In this document: positions 48,250 to 64,000 of the stretch, piece after piece
Layout of the letters: each line of letters starts with the position of its first letter
Numbering within the stretch: position 1 is the first letter of the stretch
Assembly: GCA_965112735.1 (NCBI GenBank)
Contig: OZ218953.1
Span: 2,232,001 to 2,296,000, forward strand
Direction: 5' to 3'
Origin: Phaeosaccion multiseriatum
Lineage: Eukaryota; Protista; Ochrophyta, other classes
Length of the DNA: 64,000 bases
The notes under the pieces: model-generated
Seen by the model: only the letters and a program-made list of their open reading frames with translations
What the model was told of the DNA's origin: nothing
Database searches by the model: none
Program-made: the position numbers and the translations under genes

Positions 48250-51200
48250 AGCCCCCACCAAGCCTCCCGCATGACCGCCTGATGCTCCACCATGCTTGAC
48301 CGAGACGCCACTTCCCCCTCGAGTGTGTGGCCTCGCACACCCGTCACACGCACACAGGCGTAGTCTCCTGCCTGCAGATCGACCACGGGGCCCCTTCCCA
48401 CCACCCGAACCCCTTCTCCTCCTCCATCAAGCCCGCCAGGAGCAGCCAGACTCCCGTTCCCTTGGTGGAGCTGCAGCTGTGCGTGCCTCCACTCGCCGAT
48501 ACTGGCTGGTACGGGGTGCTGCTCGAACACCAGGCGCTTGTTTGTGTCGGTCCGGCCTGTGAGGAGCGTCCTGTCCTCGCGAGAGCGCTTGCTCTCGCCC
48601 TCTACGAGCACAAGGTGCATTCGACCCACCTTTAGAGGGGAGGGAGGGGGTGGAGGGCACAGGGAGGAGAAGAGGAGCGGGGGGGGTAGGAGATGGGGTG
48701 AGAGGAGGAGGAGGAGGAGGAGGAAGAGGAAGAGGAAGAGGAAGAGGAGGAAGAGGAGGAAGAGGAGGAGGAGGGGGAGGAGGGACGAGGAGGAGGAGGA
48801 GGAGGAGGAGGAGGAGGAGGAGGAAGAGGAGAGGGCACAGGGAGGAGGAGCGGATTAGAGGGGATGAAGGAAGAGGGGGAGAGAAGGAGAGGGGGAGAGG
48901 AGGAGAGGGGAGGAAGAGGAGGGGAGGAAGAGGAGGAGAGGAGAGGGGATAAGAGGGGGTGCGAGAGGGGACGAGGAGAGGATAGGAGGAGAGGAGAGAG
49001 ACGGAGAGAGGAGACAATAAGAGAATCCTAACTGTAGCATCAAAACCCCTACTCCCTCTCACCTCAGCCTGCCGATTCTTGGCGTTGACCACCTCGTGAA
49101 AGGTATCTATGACCTCAGTGAGGCGCCGCTTCTTGACCTCCTGAGGGACATCGTCTTGGAGTCTGTAGGCGGAGTGTGTGCGCTCTCGAAGGGAGTACGC
49201 GAACATGTAGGCTTGGTCATAGCCCACCTGAGTAAGCCCGAGGGAGGGGAGAGTGTCACTTTCAGTCCTTATAACCCTCTGTCTAGGGGTGGATGGGTGG
49301 CCTTTGCTTAGGCCCAGGCTGAGTGATAAGGGGAAGGAAAGTTCCACATACGGCAAGGGCACTGCACAGCAGAAGCTCCTTTCCCCAACTATGGGCTCAC
49401 GGTTCGCCTCACCGCAGCCAAGAAAACAGAACAGAATTCCAAAACCCAAGCCTACAACTGCAGCGGTGTTCCCACCTCGCTAAAAAAGAACAAAAAAAAA
49501 AAAAACCTATTCCCCCCTCTCCCTTCCAGGTGTGAGGGGGTGCACAGCCCAGCGGCGTCACACCCAACCACACCCGCAACCTACACCTACGCCTACACCT
49601 ACCTGCCGCATGAGACTGAGAGTGAGCTGGTGGTCCTCCTCCGTCTCGCCACAAAAGCCGGTGATGAAGTCGCTGCTCAGGCACACCCCTGGAATGGCCT
49701 CCTTCACCCTCTGCACCAGCTCCAGGTAGGCCTCCCTGCTGTAGCCTCGACGCATGCGCTCCAGCACCTCGCTGCTGCCGCTCTGCGCGGGTAGGTGCAG
49801 CTGCCTGCAGATGTTGGGCGTGGCTCTCACCAGGTCCAGCACCTCGTCAGGAAAGTCCTTGGGGTGCGGGGAAGTGAAGCGCACACGCACCTCGGGGTCC
49901 ACACTGGCCGCCTCGTGCAGCAGCTCTGCGAAGTACGCCCCTGCCCCGCCTCGGGCGCGGAACATGTTGCTGAAGCCTGCTGCGGCGGAGTAGTCTGTCG
50001 TTGGGTAGGCCAGCAGGGAGGCCTGACTCTTGTCGTGGTAGGAGTTGACATTCTGCCCCAGGAGGGTCACTTCCTTCACGCCCTGGTCCCTGAGCCGCGA
50101 CACCTCGTCCCTGATGGAGGCGAGAGGTCTGCTACGCTCTCGCCCTCTGGTAAAAGGCACAATGCAGTACGAGCACATGTTCGAGCAGCCTCGCATCACC
50201 GACACAAAGGCGGCGACGGCTTGGCCGGAGGTGGACACTTTCCGCACGGGCATGACGTCTGCATACGTTTCATCCTGGGAGAGCTGCGTGTTGACCGCCT
50301 CGCCCTCGAGGTCACCCCGGAGCATCTCCAGGAGGCGTGGGAGGTCTCTGTACGCATCAGGGCCAGCCACCAGATCCACCGCCTCCTCCTCTACCAGTCT
50401 CGTCTTGAGCCGCTCAGCCATACACCCGAGTACCCCAATCCTCAGCTCCGCCCCGGCCACGGTTCTCTTGTTGCGCTTGAACGAGCGCAGGACGGCGAGG
50501 CGTCTGCGGACTTTGGCCTCCGCGCCCTCTCGGATGGCGCACGTGTTTAGAAAGACTGAGAGGATGAGGGAGGGAGGGGATGAGATAGGAAGGGAGGGAC
50601 GGAGGGAGGGAGAGGGGGAGGGAGGGACGGAGGGAGGGAGTAAGTGAGTGAGTAAGTCAGAGAGTAAAACTGACTGAATGAGTGACTGACTGACTGACTG
50701 ACTGACTGAGTGGGTGGGTGAGCGGATGAGTGACGGGGTGAGTGAGTGATTGAGTGAGTGACTGGGGGGGGCGGGAAGGGAGCAAGCTACACTCTTACCG
50801 ACGTCTGCCTCCTCCACACTGGGCACTTCGCGAAAGCCCTCCCCCAGCAGGATGCTGCGCACCACCTCAGAATCGCTTGTATTCATCTGGCAACCGTACG
50901 TTTCGATAAAGAACCTGTCCTTTGGTAGTCGCGGGTCCATAGCATGTCCATCATCACCTTCCTCGTCGAATCGTCCCTTTACGTCTGCGGGCACGCTCAG
51001 CATAGACTCCTCTTGCAGGCCTTCGATGGTGGCCCCGTCGCCCCCACTCTGACCATGCTGCTGCAGAAAGTCTGCCAGCCCTGGCCCCGATGGCAGAGTC
51101 GACTTTCGCTCACTGCTTGTGCTCTTCCTACGGCGGGCAGCGTCCGCCCCCGGGCGCCATCTCTTCCCTCTTTCCAGTTCAAGGCTGCCCATGCTTCTCC

Positions 51201-51345
51201 TGCTGCCGCTAATGCTCCTGCTGCAATGATCTCCCCAGCGATATGTGATCATCCGCTTTCCATTCAGCTTCATCACGCGCTTCATCGTCGTTCCCACTTC
51301 CTCTCTTATGAGAGATGCTCGTGCTGTCCCCCACAGATTCGCCAT
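48168..51345 (-). CDS. CDK5RAP1: tRNA 2-methylthiotransferase, MiaB/CDK5RAP1 type (UPF0004 + radical SAM + TRAM domains)
   Basis: Exons 51345-50799, 50555-49603, 49227-49063, 48629-48168. Motifs [55 protein letters not shown] (CxxxCxxC), [46 protein letters not shown]. Confidence 0.95.
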
Positions 51346-51800
51346 GGCAACTGCTCTTCCACTCTGGCGACAGAGGCCACGCTCACCTTACACTCCTTTC
51401 TGTCACGCTGTAAACAGCGGCGACAGAGCGACTGGACTCTAGAATCCTAGCGAGAGTGGATGGAGAGGAGAGGGAGGGGAAGAGAAGGATCAGAGGAGAG
51501 AATTTAAGTAAAAAAAGATGGCAGTGGATGGAAAAATATCGCCAAAACGGTTCAAGGGGATTTCCATAAATAATCTTCGTTGAGAGCGACTAGAGGAAAG
51601 GGGGACGAGCAGAGCGAAGGTGAGGCATGAAAATTTTCTCTCAGTCCGTCTCGAAGGGGCTCTCATGAAGCGAAAGGACGGAGGTGGTTTTGAAAGAGAG
51701 ACCAAATGCGTTTACACTCAGGGTGCTTCTGCTTGTTTGTCGATCCTACCTTCAGGCCTCAGCACTGCAAAGGGAGAGGATAATCTGTACAGGCAGGAAG

Positions 51801-54607
51801 ATGGGCGCCCCTCCAAAGGGAAAGGCAGCGCGGAACAAGCGGCACGCCGAGCCCTTCGATAGGCCCGTATCGTTCAAGGCTGAGTGGTATGACTCCATGA
51901 CTGACCTCACACGCGATTTTGTCGTCGTCTTCTTCCCGGATAACACAGTGGAGATTGTGAGTGAGAGGGTGCGCTGAGCAGGGGCCCGTCATAAGGGGAG
52001 GGGGGGGCATGGTTCCTTGCTTCATGAACGGGGTTCTCCGTCAAGCTTTGCCTGACCTTCTCTCCCCTGCTGCTTCCTTCTCCCTCTCTCTCCATCTGTC
52101 TCTGTGTGTGTTCCTCCCTTCTTTTTCCTTCCTCTCCCCTCTCTCCCTCCTTTTCTTTCTCCCCCCTCTCGATCCCTCTCTCTCCCTTTGTCTCCACCTC
52201 GCCCCCCCCCCACCTCTCGCTTCCTCTCTCCCCCCCTCTCCCACCCCCTCTCCTCCGCCCCTCTCAGCACGAAGGCCATAAAATCTTTCTATCCAAAATA
52301 TTTGTCGAGACTCTATCCACAAGAGACTTCTACATTGGATCGGTTATCATCGTGGTTGCCCGCTCCTTGCAGGTCAGGCTGCGACAATGGCTGGGAGCCT
52401 TTGACGCACTCGGCTTGTGTTCCTGGCTCACAGATTTGGTCTTGAGTCTGCATTACACCATGAATCCATGAATCATCAGCCCTTCTACCACCCCACCCAC
52501 CAGTCAGCTCATCATGCGGTGACCCCTGTGTGCCCTCGCCCCTCCGCCTCCCTTCCTGCCTACCTGGACTACCACTACGCCTGCGCAGCTGGTGGACTAC
52601 GCAGACCAGGGGACTCGCGACTACCTCACACCCATGAAGGGCCGGGCCTTCGCGCTCCTCCTGCCCGGCAGCTCCAACCTCAGGGGTGTGGGCAAGGTGT
52701 TAAAGGGTTTGCAACAAGGCACGCACGCAGGAGTGGTGCTGGCAAACATGCGCATGACCCTTCCTCCGCACGATGAGGCAGTGCGGGCAGTGCAGGCAGG
52801 ACAGGAAGGGGCAGGGGGGGAGGGCGTGACGGAGGAACTTGGCTGCGCGCTGGAGGCGTGTGGCGGGGAGCAGGGGGAGGTGGTGGTGGCGTTCGAGGTG
52901 GTGACGGACGCGAGGTTTGGGGGCTGGGACGGCTGGTGCAGCCTGTGCGACGAGCTCAAACAAGAGTTACAGGTCAGTAAGTGAGAGGTGAAAAGAAGCG
53001 CCGCTGTGGTAGCTGTGAGAGAGACAAGAGCTCGATGGATGGGGGGGGGGGGGAGGAGCAGCGATTAATGGCAGGCAGGGGAGCGCAGCGATTGACCAGA
53101 CGATCTCTCTCTTGCTTGCTCTCACTCTTGCTTGCTCTCACTCTTACTCCCGCTCTCACTCTCCCTCTCGTTCTCGCTCTCGCCTTTCACTCGAAGCATC
53201 CCTTCTTGCTATAAGCTGTCCGCCCATTCGTGTGTCTTCCACTCCTACCTCCCTGCCTCCTCCAACTCGAATGAACCAGTAACATCTTCTCCAACTCACA
53301 CTCTATCCACGACCTATCTGTCTGTCTGATAACCTGCTGTCCCAGCAGGGGGGTCTCTTTTACAGCTCGAGTCCGGCCGAGGCACTCGCCGCCATCGGAG
53401 TTTTCTTCTCCGGCGGCGCTCTGCAGCCGCACACCGCAGCGGACTTGTCGGGCCGAACGGACTGCTCCCTCTGCCTCGTCAAGCCCCACGTAATCAGGTG
53501 TGTGTGTGTGTGTGTTGGTGTAGGAGTGTGTATGCGTGCGTGTATGTGTGTGCGTGCGTATTGCATGGGGGAGAGCTAGGGAGTAGGGTCAGGGGAGGGC
53601 AAAGGGGGGAGGGGCCGGGCAGAGCGCGACCAGCCACGCAAGGCCCGGCCGTAGCTGCTGCGCTGCCACACGAGAAAGGGCCGGCTGGTGCTCGCGAAGG
53701 GGGTTGGGACAGAGCCCTTGCTTCATTCACCATACACTGCACACTGCACAAAGTGGAAGGGAAATGTTCACTGCTTACGCCCATCAAATCACACTAGATC
53801 CCATTCCTTGTCCCGTCATCATGCGTGCTCTAGTGCCTGACGCACCCCTGGCGCTTGGTCTGCCCTTTGCCCTATCCCTTCTGCCGCCGTTATGTCGCAG
53901 GTCGGGGCAGCTCGCAGACGTACTGGGGGACATCGAGGCGGCCGGGTACGGCGTACTGGCGGTGGAGATGCTCACCCTCGACGTGGTTTCCGCTGCCAAG
54001 TTCTTCGAAGCCTATAGACAGGTCGGGTGTGTTGTACGTCAACGAGTAGCGCAGCTAAGAGAAGCGAAGATTTTTGTTCAGCTTGCTCCTTGGCTTGAGC
54101 CCTCAATTCAGCCCCCCTGCCCCCCCGCTGGCCCAGCCACTCGCCCCTTTCGCCTCTAATTGCCCTCCCCACTCTGCACTGCATCTCTTGCTCTTTCCAT
54201 ACGCCTCTACTCGGCCTACTCTCCCCTGCCTTTGCCCTGCCCCGCCCCGCCCGCCCCTGCACCAGGTCCTGAAGTACTACCGCCCCATGCTGGAGGCAAC
54301 GGTGGATGGCCCCCTGGTGGCCCTGCAAGTGGTTAAGGGCAACAGCAGCAGGAGCAGCAGCAGCAGCAGCAGCAGCAGCACCAGTAGTGGCAGCAGCGGT
54401 AGTAGTAGCGGCGAGTCTTCGGTCGTCATCCCGGACTTCCGCGCTCTGTGCGGCCCGATGGACCCTGAGGTGGCTGCCGCGCTCCGTCCCTCTTCGCTGA
54501 GGGCCAAGTACGGGGAGGACAGGCCCACCAACGCCGTGCACTGCACCGATCTGGCGGAGGACGGGCTGCTGGAGTGCACATATTTCTTCAACGTCCTGCT
54601 GGCCTAA
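51801..54607 (+). CDS. NME7: Nucleoside diphosphate kinase 7 (DM10 + two NDK-like domains; axonemal/centrosomal)
   Basis: Exons 51801-51956, 52268-52372, 52589-52972, 53349(or 53346)-53497, 53901-54021, 54266-54607. DM10: FKAEWYD...FFPDNTVEI...FYIG...LVDYADQGT. NDK-B: CSLCLVKPHVI...FRALCGPMDPEVA..LRPSSLRAKYG...NAVHCTDLAEDGLLECTYFF. Confidence 0.9.
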
Positions 54608-55009
54608 CTGGCCCTCACTATGTCAGGGCCCTCACTATGTCAGGCCCTACTGGGAAGGGGCTCATAATTTAGAGTGTGTTTTGCTTGGGGGGGGGGGGGC
54701 GTTCCAAATGACAACATTCGAATTGGCAACGCGCCACCCAGGCAGTTACATTTGGAAACTGGAAACTGCAAACTGGCCCTGACTTTAGCGCGCTCCACCG
54801 CCTTTTTTTTCCTCGCCAATAGGAACTTCCAGAGCAACTTCGAGCTCTCCTATCCCCACAGGAGTCCTCTGTCCTTCCCTCCAATACACAGAGCCTAACA
54901 CTACCTGGGGTAAGAGGGACCTACCTTAAGAGGACCAAGACAAGCGATGATAGCTCTGCCGTAGGGGTGTAGTCCTCCCCTCAAAGAAGGGGTTACGGAG
55001 CGGGCTGCA

Positions 55010-64000
<8,991 letters not shown>

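Noticed and set aside
49558-51345. 595-aa single-exon ORF for MiaB
   Set aside because: It reads through a 243-nt stop-free intron (50798-50556) made of TCAC/TCAG repeats. The spliced model restores EADVVFLNTC.
41683-54607. A dedicated flagellar gene cluster (TPGS2, NME7, plus the EGF gene)
   Set aside because: The genes are interspersed with unrelated housekeeping genes. Ciliary genes are numerous enough that three in 64 kb is not clearly beyond chance.

Overview
Intron-rich, microsatellite-laden eukaryotic nuclear DNA, most consistent with a flagellated stramenopile (heterokont). That assignment is inferred from the gene content, not from a marker gene. The ORF track is mostly low-complexity noise. 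By chaining GT-AG exons by hand with consistent reading phases, I built 14 gene models: a Sig1/Ocm1 mastigoneme-type EGF protein with an inserted YWTD-like propeller (runs off the left end), a spliced eukaryotic bactofilin, a ~1830-aa HEAT/ARM-like protein, a 25-exon RCC1/BLIP-II-propeller + PT-stalk + TM surface protein, an aquaporin, ascorbate peroxidase, a small hypothetical protein, HSBP1, TPGS2, a Gly-rich 4xCCCH protein, an intronless AIM24-family protein, CDK5RAP1/MiaB, NME7 and a divergent myosin (runs off the right end). There is also an internally deleted pseudogene copy of the RCC1 gene, a foldback MITE-like element and a hairpin minisatellite. The top unexplained signal is a non-palindromic motif, GCAGTTGGTGATACAGC. 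Its 12-bp core occurs exactly 8 times, on both strands, in introns and in different reading frames of unrelated exons. The second strongest lead is a bactofilin gene sitting head-to-head with the mastigoneme-type EGF gene. All gene models are manual and unconfirmed by transcript data.
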